Source of the DNA: Syntrophales bacterium
GTDB taxonomy: Bacteria; Desulfobacterota; Syntrophia; Syntrophales; UBA2210
Reading direction: 5' to 3'
Length of the DNA stretch: 64,000 bases
NCBI GenBank assembly: GCA_963662405.2
Contig: CAXXKT010000001.1
Span: forward strand, 2,176,001 to 2,240,000
The translations under genes were made by a program, and so were the position numbers. Below are positions 1-10,138 of this stretch, in pieces. Position 1 is the stretch's first letter. Every line of letters starts with the position of its first letter. The notes under the pieces were generated by a model. The model saw nothing but the letters and a program-made list of their open reading frames with translations, did not search any database and was not told the DNA's origin.

Positions 1-1
1 C

Positions 2-1183
2 CGGGGGGGAGATGCCATGGGGCGACCCTTTGTCTTCCCCCGGCCTTTCCTGCACATCACGGAGGAATTCTTTCGCACGCCGGGTCACGAGGAGTTTCTG
101 GAGACCGTCTGCGGCGTCGCTGCCGAAAAGGGGAATCCCCACTTCATGTTCGATCGGGGTCCGCTCCTCAATCTGTCCGAGTGTCGCACCCTGGACATCA
201 ACAGTGAGGAAGAGCGGGCGGATGTTCGCGAACCCTGGAAGATGCGCTATTTCGGTATCCAGAGCGTGTCGATCAATCTCCCGCGCCTGGGCTACAAGAC
301 GGAAGGGGATGATTCCCGCCTCTTTTCGATGATCGACCATGCCATGGGGCTTGCGGCAAAGGCACACCTGCAAAAGCAGGCATGTATCGAACGGCTCCTG
401 TCACACGGCGAGGAGGGACCCTTGTCTCTCCTGACGTTGCGGTACGACGGGATGCCGTACCTGCGGATGAACCGGTGTGCCTACCTGATGGGGATGATCG
501 GTCTCAATGAACTGGTGTGGGCCCATACGGGACAGCAGCTCCATGAGTCGGAAGATGCCCGGGAGTGCGGGCGTCGCGTCGTCCGGCATATGAAGGATGT
601 TGTCGACACACTGACGGTGAAGCACGGTATTCGGTTCATTCTGAACCAGTCACCCGCTGAGAGTACCCCCTACCGCCTGGCACGCCTCGATCTGAAACAC
701 TTTTCGCCGACGGCGGGACACTTCGTACGAGGGGATATATCGAGAGGTGATCTCTACTATACCAATTCAACCCTGCTTTCGGAGTCATCCTCCACGGATC
801 CCTTTGAACGAGCGGCGTTTGAGGGTCGTCTCCATCCCCTCATCGAAGGGCATGCCGCTACCTGCGTCTGGCTCGGGGACAGGAAGCCGGCGTCGGAATC
901 ACTGGCCGCCTTTGTGACGAGGGTCTTCCGAGAGACCGAAAATCGCCAGGTGGTTTTCTCTCCGGAATTCACCTCCTGTCTCGATTGCGGCGAGACCTCT
1001 CGGGGAATGGCGAAGGTCTGCCCCTCGTGCGGTTCCGATCATGTGGAGGGGATTACCCGGGGGGCGGGGTATTTTTCCCGTGTATCGGATTGGAACCGGG
1101 GAAAACTGGCGGAACTGCGGGAGCGGAAAAAGCGGGGACGTGCCTTCGGTGATTTCGAAGGGACGGAAAAAATCGATACATGA
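2..1183 (+). CDS. nrdD: Anaerobic (class III) ribonucleoside-triphosphate reductase, 5'-truncated by the window edge
   Basis: SINLPR motif, QSPAEST and YYTNS motifs, CxxC...CxxC zinc ribbon, C-terminal glycyl-radical loop RxxGY (RGAGYF); frame is open to the window start. Confidence 0.85.
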   Translation, partial: RGGDAMGRPFVFPRPFLHITEEFFRTPGHEEFLETVCGVAAEKGNPHFMFDRGPLLNLSECRTLDINSEEERADVREPWKMRYFGIQSVSINLPRLGYKTEGDDSRLFSMIDHAMGLAAKAHLQKQACIERLLSHGEEGPLSLLTLRYDGMPYLRMNRCAYLMGMIGLNELVWAHTGQQLHESEDARECGRRVVRHMKDVVDTLTVKHGIRFILNQSPAESTPYRLARLDLKHFSPTAGHFVRGDISRGDLYYTNSTLLSESSSTDPFERAAFEGRLHPLIEGHAATCVWLGDRKPASESLAAFVTRVFRETENRQVVFSPEFTSCLDCGETSRGMAKVCPSCGSDHVEGITRGAGYFSRVSDWNRGKLAELRERKKRGRAFGDFEGTEKIDT

Positions 1184-1194
1184 CATAACTTTTC

Positions 1195-1223
1195 TTGACA
1201 GCTCTATCCTCCTGGTATATAAA
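1195..1223 (+). promoter_or_regulatory. sigma70 promoter of the ilv leader/operon
   Basis: TTGACA-17 nt-TATAAA. Confidence 0.7.
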
Positions 1224-1241
1224 GCTCGCATCAAGGAAGAA

Positions 1242-1343
1242 ATGATGGAAAAGATTAAAACCGTGGATATCCAGATCGTCGCTGTAATTATCGGCATCCT
1301 TATAATTATCCCCTCTACATACGGGGGCTGGGTGATGGTTTAA
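1242..1343 (+). CDS. ilv operon leader peptide (33 aa; 9 Ile, 5 Val, 1 Leu)
   Basis: MMEKIKTVDIQIVAVIIGILIIIPSTYGGWVMV lies between the promoter and a terminator upstream of ilvB. Confidence 0.75.
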   Translation: MMEKIKTVDIQIVAVIIGILIIIPSTYGGWVMV

Positions 1344-1366
1344 TCTTTTACATATGTCTGAAACTG

Positions 1367-1401
1367 AAAACCGTTGCCGGTCCCGGCAACGGTTTTTTTT
1401 T
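1367..1401 (+). terminator. Attenuator intrinsic terminator
   Basis: Stem CCGTTGCCG-GTCC-CGGCAACGG followed by 9 T, just upstream of the ilvB RBS. Confidence 0.85.
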
Positions 1402-1425
1402 ACTTTGATAAAAAGGAGGTGTGCG

Positions 1426-3129
1426 GTGGAACTGAGTGGAGCTGAAATATTGATACAATCATTGGTGGCGGAAGGGGTCGATACCATCTTCGGATATCCC
1501 GGTGGTTCCGTTCTCGATACCTATGACGAACTTTTTAAGTCATCGATCAAGCATATCCTAGTCCGGCACGAACAGGGCGCGGCCCACGCGGCGGACGGAT
1601 ATGCGCGATCATCGGGGAAGGTGGGGGTGTGTCTCGCAACCTCGGGTCCCGGCGCCACCAACACGGTCACGGGGATTGCCACGGCCTACATGGACTCGAT
1701 ACCGATGGTCATCCTGACGGGACAGGTCCAGACCCCCTTCATCGGCACCGACGCATTTCAAGAGGTTGACATCACGGGAATTACACGCCCCTGCACCAAA
1801 CACAACTTCCTGGTCAGGCGTGTCGACGAGCTGGCTAATACAATTCGGGAGGCATTTTACATCGCCCGTTCGGGACGTCCCGGTCCCGTTCTTGTCGACC
1901 TTCCGAAAGATGTCATGCAGGCCAAGACCGAGTATCGTGAACTGAAACCTCTGAGCACGGGAACTTCCGAGCCGGTCTATCTCCCCGACGCTGGGCAACT
2001 CGCCGAGACACTCGACCTGATCAGGAAGGCCCGGAAACCGGTTCTCCTTATCGGAGGAGGGATCCTTCACGGCCGGGCGACGGAAGAACTGACCGAATTC
2101 GCCCGCAAGGTCAACATACCCGTCACCTCGACCCTCATGGGGCTGGGGGCCTTTCCCGGTACCGATTCGCTCTGGATGGGGATGCTCGGGATGCACGGCA
2201 CCTATTACGCGAACATGGCCATCAGCCACTGCGATCTCCTCATCACGCTGGGGGTGCGTTTCTCCGATCGGGTGACCGGGAGGCTCGCCACCTTTGCATC
2301 GAACGCGACCATCGTCCAGATCGATATCGACGCCGCCTCGATCAACAAGAACGTCCTCGTTCACATTCCCATCGTGAGCGACTGCAAGTCCGCACTGGCC
2401 CAGCTGAACGCCATGCTGAACAAGAACGGCCTCGAACAGATCCGGGAAGGCCGTAAGGAATGGCTCGCAGAGATCGACGGGTGGAGGATCGAAGGACCGA
2501 TGGGATACTGTCAGGGGGATACGATCAAACCGCAGTGTGTCATCGAGACATTGTACAAGATGACCCAAGGGGACGCCATAGTGGCAACCGAGGTGGGGCA
2601 GAACCAGATGTGGACGGCCCAGTTTTTCCCCTTTGCCCGGCCGAATACGTTTCTCTCGTCAGGGGGACTCGGGACGATGGGGTACGGCTTCCCGGCAGCC
2701 ATCGGTGCCCAGGTCGCCTTTCCTGACAGGCTGGTCGTTGATATCGCCGGGGACGGGAGCATCCAGATGAATATCCAGGAGCTTGCCACGGCCGTCAACT
2801 ACAAGCTGCCCGTGAAGATCGTGATCCTCAACAACGGCTATCTCGGGATGGTGCGCCAGTGGCAGGAACTCTTTTATGGAAAGAGATACTCCCATACCGA
2901 TATCGGCGGCCAGGTCCCCGATTTTGTGAAGCTTGCCGAGGCGTACGGCGCCGTGGGTCTGCGAGCCACAAAACCGGAGGAGGTTGAGGCGGTTCTCGCC
3001 AAAGGGTTGGGACACCCCGGACCGGTTGTGATGGACTTCGTGGTCGAGGCGGAGGAGGGAGTCTATCCCATGGTGAACCCCGGCGCCTCGCTGTCGGATA
3101 TGAAGCTGAGCGGCGGGATCGGTATGTAA
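1426..3129 (+). CDS. ilvB: Acetolactate synthase large subunit
   Basis: FGYPGG, RHEQGA, TSGPGATN, GDGS...NN TPP motif, GMVRQWQ; GTG start after AGGAGG. Confidence 0.95.
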   Translation: MELSGAEILIQSLVAEGVDTIFGYPGGSVLDTYDELFKSSIKHILVRHEQGAAHAADGYARSSGKVGVCLATSGPGATNTVTGIATAYMDSIPMVILTGQVQTPFIGTDAFQEVDITGITRPCTKHNFLVRRVDELANTIREAFYIARSGRPGPVLVDLPKDVMQAKTEYRELKPLSTGTSEPVYLPDAGQLAETLDLIRKARKPVLLIGGGILHGRATEELTEFARKVNIPVTSTLMGLGAFPGTDSLWMGMLGMHGTYYANMAISHCDLLITLGVRFSDRVTGRLATFASNATIVQIDIDAASINKNVLVHIPIVSDCKSALAQLNAMLNKNGLEQIREGRKEWLAEIDGWRIEGPMGYCQGDTIKPQCVIETLYKMTQGDAIVATEVGQNQMWTAQFFPFARPNTFLSSGGLGTMGYGFPAAIGAQVAFPDRLVVDIAGDGSIQMNIQELATAVNYKLPVKIVILNNGYLGMVRQWQELFYGKRYSHTDIGGQVPDFVKLAEAYGAVGLRATKPEEVEAVLAKGLGHPGPVVMDFVVEAEEGVYPMVNPGASLSDMKLSGGIGM

Positions 3130-3146
3130 GAGAAGAGGGGGCTGTG

Positions 3147-3160
3147 CCCCCCCCCCCCCC
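3147..3160. repeat. Poly-C14 homopolymer in the ilvB-ilvN spacer
   Basis: Run of 14 C after GGGGGCTGTG. Confidence 0.8.
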
Positions 3161-3192
3161 GATACGATAACAGGAGAAAGGAATGAGATGTC

Positions 3193-3657
3193 ATGGAGGT
3201 ACGGGAACACACAATTTCACTACTGGTTCACAATAAACCGGATGTCCTCGCCCGAATCGCGGGGACGTTCAGCGGCCGCGGGTACAATATCGAGAACATC
3301 AGCGCCAACGTGACGATGGACCCTGCGATCACGAAAATCACGATCGTTACGAAAGGGAATTCGGCAACCGTTGTCCAGATCGAGAAACAGATCTCCAAGC
3401 TGGTGGATGTCATAAAGGCATTCCACGTGAAGAGCCGGGCGGCGATACAGAGGGAGATGGCCCTTGCCCGTCTGGAAGGAGACCGGGGGGGGATTATGCA
3501 GGCCGCCGAGACACTCGGCTGCAGGGTCCTGAAGGAAGAAGACGATCATGTCATTCTCGAAGTGACGGGGACCAAGAAAGAGGTCGATCAGGCGTTGACC
3601 TCCCTTGAAACCCTTGGTATGAAAGACGTGAGTAGATCGGGCATTGTTGCCTTATAA
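3193..3657 (+). CDS. ilvN: Acetolactate synthase small (regulatory, ACT) subunit
   Basis: NKPDVLARIAGTFSGRGYNI ACT motif; position after ilvB. Confidence 0.92.
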   Translation: MEVREHTISLLVHNKPDVLARIAGTFSGRGYNIENISANVTMDPAITKITIVTKGNSATVVQIEKQISKLVDVIKAFHVKSRAAIQREMALARLEGDRGGIMQAAETLGCRVLKEEDDHVILEVTGTKKEVDQALTSLETLGMKDVSRSGIVAL

Positions 3658-3684
3658 CTTGAACATAATAGAAGGAGAAAAGAA

Positions 3685-4743
3685 ATGGCAAAAATGAAAG
3701 TTGGCGATGTTGTAGAAGAGGTGATCACGGATGAAGAATTTTCCCTGGAGAAGGCTCGTGAGGTCCTGAAGGATGAGACGATCGCGATCCTCGGGTACGG
3801 CGTGCAGGGGCCGGGACAGGGCCTCAACATGGTTGACAACGGCTTCAAGGTAATTGTTGGTCAGCGTGAGAGCGAAAAAGAGTACTGGGACAAGGCCGTC
3901 GCCGACGGATTCGTCCCCGGTGAGAGCCTCTTCTCGATCGAAGAGGCGACGAAGCGCGGAACGATCGTCATGATGCTCCTCTCCGATGCCGGACAGAAGG
4001 CGGTATGGCCCACGATCAAGCCGCACATGACCGAAGGAAAGGCGCTCTACTTCTCTCACGGATTTTCCATTGTGTACAAGGAACAGACCGGTATTGTCCC
4101 GCCCGAGAATATCGACGTTATCCTGGTTGCCCCGAAGGGATCGGGACTGACGGTCCGGAGAAACTTTCTCGACGGGAGCGGGATCAATTCCAGCATGGCC
4201 GTCTTCCAGGATGCGACAGGGCGTGCCTTTGATCGAACCTGTGCGATCGGCATCGCCGTTGGGTCAGGATATCTTTTCCCCACGACCTTCGAAAAAGAGG
4301 TCTACAGCGACCTGACCGGGGAGCGGGGGGTCCTCATGGGATGTCTGGCGGGTGTCATGGAGGCCCAGTACAATTGTCTCCGGAAAAACGGCCACGACCC
4401 CAGCGAGGCCTTCAACGAGACAGTGGAGGAATTGACCCAGAGCCTGATCCGCCTGGTCGCGGAGAACGGAATGGACTGGATGTACGTGAACTGCAGCACC
4501 ACGGCGCAGCGCGGCGCCCTCGACTGGAAAGGCCGGTTCCGCGACGCCGTCGTCCCTCTCTTCGACGAGTTATATGAAAGTGTCACGTCCGGTAAAGAGA
4601 CGGCGATTGTCCTCGAGGCAAACAGTGCTCCCGATTATTACGTAAAGCTCCAGAAGGAGCTGGACGAGATCAAGAATATGGAGATGTGGCGAGCAGGCGC
4701 GGTACTCCGTGAACTCAGGCCCGAGCGGCGAAAGAAGAAATAG
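3685..4743 (+). CDS. ilvC: Ketol-acid reductoisomerase
   Basis: GYGVQG, FSHG, VAPKG, SDLTGERGVLMG, CSTTAQRG motifs. Confidence 0.95.
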   Translation: MAKMKVGDVVEEVITDEEFSLEKAREVLKDETIAILGYGVQGPGQGLNMVDNGFKVIVGQRESEKEYWDKAVADGFVPGESLFSIEEATKRGTIVMMLLSDAGQKAVWPTIKPHMTEGKALYFSHGFSIVYKEQTGIVPPENIDVILVAPKGSGLTVRRNFLDGSGINSSMAVFQDATGRAFDRTCAIGIAVGSGYLFPTTFEKEVYSDLTGERGVLMGCLAGVMEAQYNCLRKNGHDPSEAFNETVEELTQSLIRLVAENGMDWMYVNCSTTAQRGALDWKGRFRDAVVPLFDELYESVTSGKETAIVLEANSAPDYYVKLQKELDEIKNMEMWRAGAVLRELRPERRKKK

Positions 4744-4769
4744 CGGTGTGAACGGGAAAGGGGAATTCT

Positions 4770-6431
4770 ATGCGAAGCGACTTGATGACCAAGGGGCTGG
4801 AACGCGCGCCCCATAGATCATTGTACAAAGCGATGGGATACACGGACGAGGAACTCGCCCGCCCGATGATCGGCGTGGTGAATTCGGCCAACGAGATTAT
4901 CCCCGGCCACGTCCATCTCGATACCATCACGGAGGATGTCAAGGCGGGAATTCGGATGGCGGGGGGTACCCCCGTCACCTTTCCCACGATCGGCGTCTGC
5001 GACGGGATCGCCATGGGACACCCGGGGATGAAATACTCGCTGGCGAGCCGGGAGCTGATCGCCGATTCGATCGAAATCATGGCGACGGCCCACCCCTTCG
5101 ACGGACTCGTCCTCGTCACCAACTGCGATAAGATCGTGCCGGGGATGCTGATGGCGGCCCTTCGCATCAATATCCCCGCCGTCGTTATCAGCGGCGGACC
5201 CATGATGGCCGGGATCCATGACGGGCAGAGCGTCGACCTGATCAACGTCTTCGAGGGGGTGGGACGGGTCAAATCGGGGACGATGACGCAGCAGGAGTTG
5301 GATGAACTGGAAAACTGTGCCTGTCCCGGCTGCGGGTCCTGCGCGGGTATGTTCACCGCCAATTCGATGAACTGTGTGACGGAGGCGCTGGGGCTCGGTC
5401 TCCCCGGAAACGGGACCATCCCCGCGGTAAGCGCCGCGCGGAGACGCCTCGCCAAAGAGGCGGGGATGCAGGTCATGGCGCTGGTGAAAAAGGATATCAA
5501 GCCCCGCGACATCGCGACGCTCGAAGCCTTCGAGAACGCCATCGCCGTCGATATGGCCCTGGGATGCTCGACCAACACGGTCCTCCACATCCCGGCGGTC
5601 GCCCACGAGGCGGGGATTATACTCGATCTCGATCTCTTCAACGCCATCAGTAAGAAGACGGCAAACATCTGTTACCTGAGCCCCGCCGGTCCTCACCATA
5701 TTCAGGACCTCAATGAAGCTGGTGGGATCCAGGCGGTGATGAAGGAGATCGGCAAACTGGGGGTTATCAATGACGACTGCATGACCGTGACAGGGAAGAC
5801 GGTGAAGGAGAATCTCACTGTGGCTTCCGTCAAGGACAGGGATGTTATCAAATCGGTGGAAGCCCCGTACAATAAGGAGGGTGGGATCGCCATCCTCCGC
5901 GGGAATCTGGCTCCCGACGGCGGTGTGGTCAAACAGTCCGCCGTCGCCCCCGACATGATGGTCAACGAGGGACGAGCCCGCGTCTTCGATTCGGAGGATG
6001 ACGCGATTGAAGCGATCCTCGGGGGAAAAATCAAAGGCGGTGATGTCGTCGTGATCCGGTACGAAGGTCCCAAGGGAGGTCCGGGAATGCGTGAGATGCT
6101 TGCACCCACTTCCGCCATCGTTGGGATGGGGCTCGACAAGTCCGTCGCCCTCCTGACGGACGGACGGTTCAGCGGCGGGACACGCGGTGCCGCCATCGGA
6201 CACATCTCCCCCGAAGCGGCCGAAGGAGGACCCATCGGCCTCATCAACGAAGGGGATACCATTGTTATCGATATCCCGAACAAACGGATCGAACTGAAGG
6301 TCGACGAGCAGGAACTGGCGGAGCGCAAAAAGGTCTTTGTGCCGAAGGAACCCCTCATTAAGACGGGATACCTCGGGCGGTACGCGCGGATGGTCACGTC
6401 GGCCAGCACGGGTGCGATTTTCAAAGACTGA
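4770..6431 (+). CDS. ilvD: Dihydroxy-acid dehydratase
   Basis: [44 protein letters not shown]. Confidence 0.97.
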   Translation: MRSDLMTKGLERAPHRSLYKAMGYTDEELARPMIGVVNSANEIIPGHVHLDTITEDVKAGIRMAGGTPVTFPTIGVCDGIAMGHPGMKYSLASRELIADSIEIMATAHPFDGLVLVTNCDKIVPGMLMAALRINIPAVVISGGPMMAGIHDGQSVDLINVFEGVGRVKSGTMTQQELDELENCACPGCGSCAGMFTANSMNCVTEALGLGLPGNGTIPAVSAARRRLAKEAGMQVMALVKKDIKPRDIATLEAFENAIAVDMALGCSTNTVLHIPAVAHEAGIILDLDLFNAISKKTANICYLSPAGPHHIQDLNEAGGIQAVMKEIGKLGVINDDCMTVTGKTVKENLTVASVKDRDVIKSVEAPYNKEGGIAILRGNLAPDGGVVKQSAVAPDMMVNEGRARVFDSEDDAIEAILGGKIKGGDVVVIRYEGPKGGPGMREMLAPTSAIVGMGLDKSVALLTDGRFSGGTRGAAIGHISPEAAEGGPIGLINEGDTIVIDIPNKRIELKVDEQELAERKKVFVPKEPLIKTGYLGRYARMVTSASTGAIFKD

Positions 6432-6459
6432 CACGTCGCCACACGGGCATACCATTTTC

Positions 6460-6493
6460 AGAGAGCCTTCCCCGCGGGGAAGACTCTCTTTTT
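6460..6493 (+). terminator. Putative ilv operon terminator
   Basis: AGAG-CCTTCCCC-GC-GGGGAAG-ACTCT hairpin followed by a T-rich tail. Confidence 0.6.
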
Positions 6494-6512
6494 ATTTTCA
6501 TTATTTCCCTCC

Positions 6513-6563
6513 TGTCAAGATATGGTATTGATTCTTGACAATAACCACAAGATGTTGTATGAA
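6513..6563 (+). promoter_or_regulatory. sigma70 promoter overlapped by two NrdR-box-like operators
   Basis: TTGACA-17-TATGAA (6535-6563); CAAGATATGG and CAAGATGTTG cores 32 bp apart. Confidence 0.4.
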
Positions 6564-6683
6564 TTCGCAAATTGTTCCTTGATTTGGTTCGATTTTTCTC
6601 AGAGGGATGCGTTACATGTCGCTGGTTGTTTCGTTAATTATTGATAGAACCGTCTGATATCGTTGTGAAAATGAGAACGAGGC

Positions 6684-7481
6684 ATGAACAGAAGAGACTT
6701 CTTGTGTAAGAGCGCCTCCGTGATTGCGGGAAGCCTGTTCGGTATAACCGGGGTTTCGACGGCATGTGCCTTTACGGGAGAAGAAACGTGTCCCCTCCTT
6801 CGTCTCAGGGTGGTCTCCCGGCCGCAGATAGCCCTCATCATCGACGATATCGGGTACAGTATTCCCTGCGCCCGGTGGTTCCTCGATCTGAATATCCCCA
6901 TCACCTTTTCCATCCTCCCGCGGGTTCCCTTCTCGCGGGAACTGGCGCATGAGATCGCCGATCACGGGCATGACATAATGCTGCACCAACCCATGGAGCC
7001 GTACAACTCTCGACTTGATCCGGGACCGGGCGCCCTATACGAGGGGGATGACCTATCCCGTATCAACGGCGTTATTGAAGATAACATCGCGAACATACCC
7101 GGTGCGATCGGGGTGAACAACCACATGGGTTCACGTTTTACCGAGTGTCAGCCTGAGATCCACGAAGCCCTGCGGGTCATCAAGCGAAATGACCTCTTCT
7201 TTGTCGACAGCAGAACGTCTCTTCGTTCCAAGGCATATAGGACCGCACGGAACCTGCATTTGACGGCCGATCGACGAAACGTCTTCCTCGATACCGTCCG
7301 GAGCGAATCGGCCATTCTCTGTCGACTCAATCAGCTGAAGCAATGCGCGTACCGATACGGACACGCAATCGGAATCGGCCATCCCTTTCCTGAGACGGCC
7401 CGGGCGATTGAATGTTTCCTTCGGGATCCAGCCGTATCCGATATTCCTTTTGTCCATATGTCGAAGATTATGTACACTTGA
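6684..7481 (+). CDS. Divergent polysaccharide deacetylase family protein with Tat signal
   Basis: MNRRDFL twin-arginine; IIDDIG, HQPMEP, NNHMGS, FVDSRT, IGIGHP motifs. Confidence 0.88.
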   Translation: MNRRDFLCKSASVIAGSLFGITGVSTACAFTGEETCPLLRLRVVSRPQIALIIDDIGYSIPCARWFLDLNIPITFSILPRVPFSRELAHEIADHGHDIMLHQPMEPYNSRLDPGPGALYEGDDLSRINGVIEDNIANIPGAIGVNNHMGSRFTECQPEIHEALRVIKRNDLFFVDSRTSLRSKAYRTARNLHLTADRRNVFLDTVRSESAILCRLNQLKQCAYRYGHAIGIGHPFPETARAIECFLRDPAVSDIPFVHMSKIMYT

Positions 7482-7891
7482 TTTCTATCGTCATTGTTGG
7501 ATTTGGTTGAGATTCCCAATTCCGTTTCCGAAAATATAGTCAGTCTCCCTCATATCAAAAACCAAGTGTAAGGTGCTGCGGCGTACGGTGACGCGTCAAA
7601 TCGGCGTCTTTCTGGAATTCCTGCGATCTCCCGAAGTGCGGAAGGTGTGGTACTGAAATCTTCCGTGCCATTTTGATGCCGTGATCCTGCGGTTGTTTCG
7701 CCGGCACTATTCATTGAGGGGCGGAGTCGATTTTCCTCCGTTTGCATGACTTTTGACACTTATCGATTATTCCTTCCACCAAGAAGCCATTCCAGACCTT
7801 CACGTAACAATCTATATTTAAAGCGTAAATCGGGTCGTTTTGTGAAATTGTCGTCTGCGAACACATTTTCACAATTCCGGCACATTTCCGC

Positions 7892-7927
7892 TTGACTTTT
7901 GTTTTCCATACTGTATATTGTCGACAA
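7892..7927 (+). promoter_or_regulatory. Promoter and palindromic GntR/FadR-type operator
   Basis: TTGACT-16-TATATT overlapped by the palindrome TTGTCGACAA (7918-7927), upstream of the GntR gene. Confidence 0.55.
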
Positions 7928-7952
7928 AAGACTAAAGATATGGAAAGGGCCT

Positions 7953-8657
7953 ATGGATAAACTGATGATAGAAGTAAAGGGTGTCACCAGAAGCGCGGTT
8001 GAGCATCTGAGGCTGCTCATCATTGAGGGAACGCTTGAACCGGGTCAAAAATTAAATGAAGTGGAGCTATCCACCCGTCTTGGCGTCAGCCGTTCTCCCT
8101 TACGAGAGGCATTTCGGATTCTGGAAGGCGAAAAGCTGATAAACAATATTCCGAGAAGAGGGTGCTATGTAAGTCGGTTGTCCATAGATGACTGTCGTCA
8201 GATCTATGCGGTCAGAGAATTAATTGAATGCAGTGCCATTGACCACCTCAAGGAACAAAATATTCGCGATGTGAGCATGCTGTCTGAGGCACTTGTCCTC
8301 ACCGATGCGCAGCAGAGTATACCCACTGATGATAGTAAGGTGGTTGAACTCGGGTCCCGGAACCCTTTCCCGTACTTTCATATCAAGCTGGTAGAATCAT
8401 CACGTAATGAGTGGTTGGTTCGTTATTATCAGACCATTGTTCCTACACTAGCCCGATATCAGTACGTTTGTTATGTCCCCGAAATCTTAGTAAAGGCTCA
8501 AGATGACCATAAACAGATCTGCCTCTCGATAGAAGCAGGCGACCATGATGCGGCTAAGCAAATCTTGAAAACTCACCTGGCATGGTATGTGGCGTTTCTC
8601 AAACAGACGTTGGAAGCGGAAGAATCCAAATGGAATCCCGACCTACTGTCTGATTAA
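7953..8657 (+). CDS. GntR (FadR/FCD) family transcriptional regulator
   Basis: wHTH GVSRSPLREA; FCD-like C-terminus. Confidence 0.9.
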   Translation: MDKLMIEVKGVTRSAVEHLRLLIIEGTLEPGQKLNEVELSTRLGVSRSPLREAFRILEGEKLINNIPRRGCYVSRLSIDDCRQIYAVRELIECSAIDHLKEQNIRDVSMLSEALVLTDAQQSIPTDDSKVVELGSRNPFPYFHIKLVESSRNEWLVRYYQTIVPTLARYQYVCYVPEILVKAQDDHKQICLSIEAGDHDAAKQILKTHLAWYVAFLKQTLEAEESKWNPDLLSD

Positions 8658-8722
8658 TATGTCACAGCATAATTTTATGTTGGATTTACAAGAAAATATC
8701 TCGAAAGGGAGGCACAAGTAGA

Positions 8723-10138
8723 ATGAGTGTAAATATAGAAGAGTTGGTTCAGAATTTAGAGCAAATCGTCGGTGCCGAGTATGTGCATGCGGATCTATTC
8801 GAACGAACAAATTACGCGGATACATCGCTGCCTTATGAAGTGGAGAAAAGTGACCTTCCCGATGTTGTTGTGCATCCTGCTGATACCCTCGAAGTTTCAA
8901 AGGTTCTTACATATGCGAATGAGCACAAAATCCCCGTTACCACTTACGGTTCCGGGACATCGCTCATATTCAGCACCAAGCCCAAGCACAATGGTATTAC
9001 CCTGAGTACGGAACGACTAACATCATTGGAAATTAATGAAGATGATCAGTGGCTCGAGTGCGGGCCGGGAATCAAGACTGGTCAGGTCATCGCTGCTTTA
9101 GGGAAATTGGGGTATTTCTTCCCGATTCAAACCCAGATCGGATCAAGCGTGGGTGGCGCCATTACCGTTAACACGCTCGGGCATTTGACGGACAATGTGT
9201 TCGGGGGAAGACTGATCAGTCATGTCCTCGGGATAGAGGTTGTCCTGCCCACGGGGGAAATACTGGAAACGGGTGCCAAGTGCCTGCGGCGTTGTGCAGG
9301 ATGGGATTTGGGGCGTATGTTCATAGGTTCGGAAGGGATATTGGGAGTTATTACAAAGATACGGATGGTACTCACCCCCATGCCGGAAACGATCGATGCT
9401 GTTGGGTTTTTCAAGACTGTCGAGGAAATCGGTTATGCCGTACAAAAAATGTACAAAGAGAAATTCCCACTCCCCATGGATGGGGAACTGGTAGGGGAAA
9501 AGGCATGTAAGGTGGGATATGAGGCTTTGGAGTTAGATTTTCCCGAAGGTGCCATAGCGGTGACTCGATCCATGGGAAGAGACAAAGACGAAGCACGGAA
9601 GAATGCGCAAGAAATGGTCAGACTGTTTGAGGAAGCGGGAGCCACACAGGCCTTCATTCTGGATGATCCTGAGGTTGCAGAAAAAGTCTGGAGAGTGCGG
9701 GAAAACGCGATGCGTTGGGGTCAGGAGAAGGGACTGAAAGGATATCAGGCTATAGAACTCAACCCGACACTGTCCCGGCTTCCGGAGGCAATGACCGAGC
9801 TCAGTCATATTACCGAGGGCAGGAACGATATCATCGGTGAAACAGAGGCGTATCTCTATGGTCATGTCGGGTCTGATTCGCTTCATTGTCTTTTTGCGTT
9901 CCCTTATGAGTGGTCAACGGAAAAGATGAAGACGGTGGTTGAGCAGATATGGAATCTGGAGAAAGAATTGCAGTTGAAATACGATGGGTTAGGCGGAGAT
10001 TGGGGATGGCTTCCTTACCGTGTTCCATTTTTTAAAGAAAAGTACGGTGATGTGGCGTACGGACTTATTAAACAGATGAAACACATATTTGACCCCAATA
10101 ACATTCTAAACCGTGGCAATTTAGAAGGAGAAGCATAA
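8723..10138 (+). CDS. FAD-linked oxidoreductase (GlcD/D-2-hydroxyacid dehydrogenase family)
   Basis: PDVVVHP, GSGTS, GSEGILGVIT, FDPNNILN. Confidence 0.85.
   Translation: MSVNIEELVQNLEQIVGAEYVHADLFERTNYADTSLPYEVEKSDLPDVVVHPADTLEVSKVLTYANEHKIPVTTYGSGTSLIFSTKPKHNGITLSTERLTSLEINEDDQWLECGPGIKTGQVIAALGKLGYFFPIQTQIGSSVGGAITVNTLGHLTDNVFGGRLISHVLGIEVVLPTGEILETGAKCLRRCAGWDLGRMFIGSEGILGVITKIRMVLTPMPETIDAVGFFKTVEEIGYAVQKMYKEKFPLPMDGELVGEKACKVGYEALELDFPEGAIAVTRSMGRDKDEARKNAQEMVRLFEEAGATQAFILDDPEVAEKVWRVRENAMRWGQEKGLKGYQAIELNPTLSRLPEAMTELSHITEGRNDIIGETEAYLYGHVGSDSLHCLFAFPYEWSTEKMKTVVEQIWNLEKELQLKYDGLGGDWGWLPYRVPFFKEKYGDVAYGLIKQMKHIFDPNNILNRGNLEGEA

Noticed and set aside
1354..1425. Extended ilvB N-terminus from ATG 1354
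   Set aside because: Runs through the attenuator terminator; the RBS supports GTG 1426
4715..6455. Long antisense ORFs over ilvD (also over ilvB, pilU, rmlB, glnQ and the thiolase)
   Set aside because: Shadow frames of GC-rich genes with no recognisable motifs
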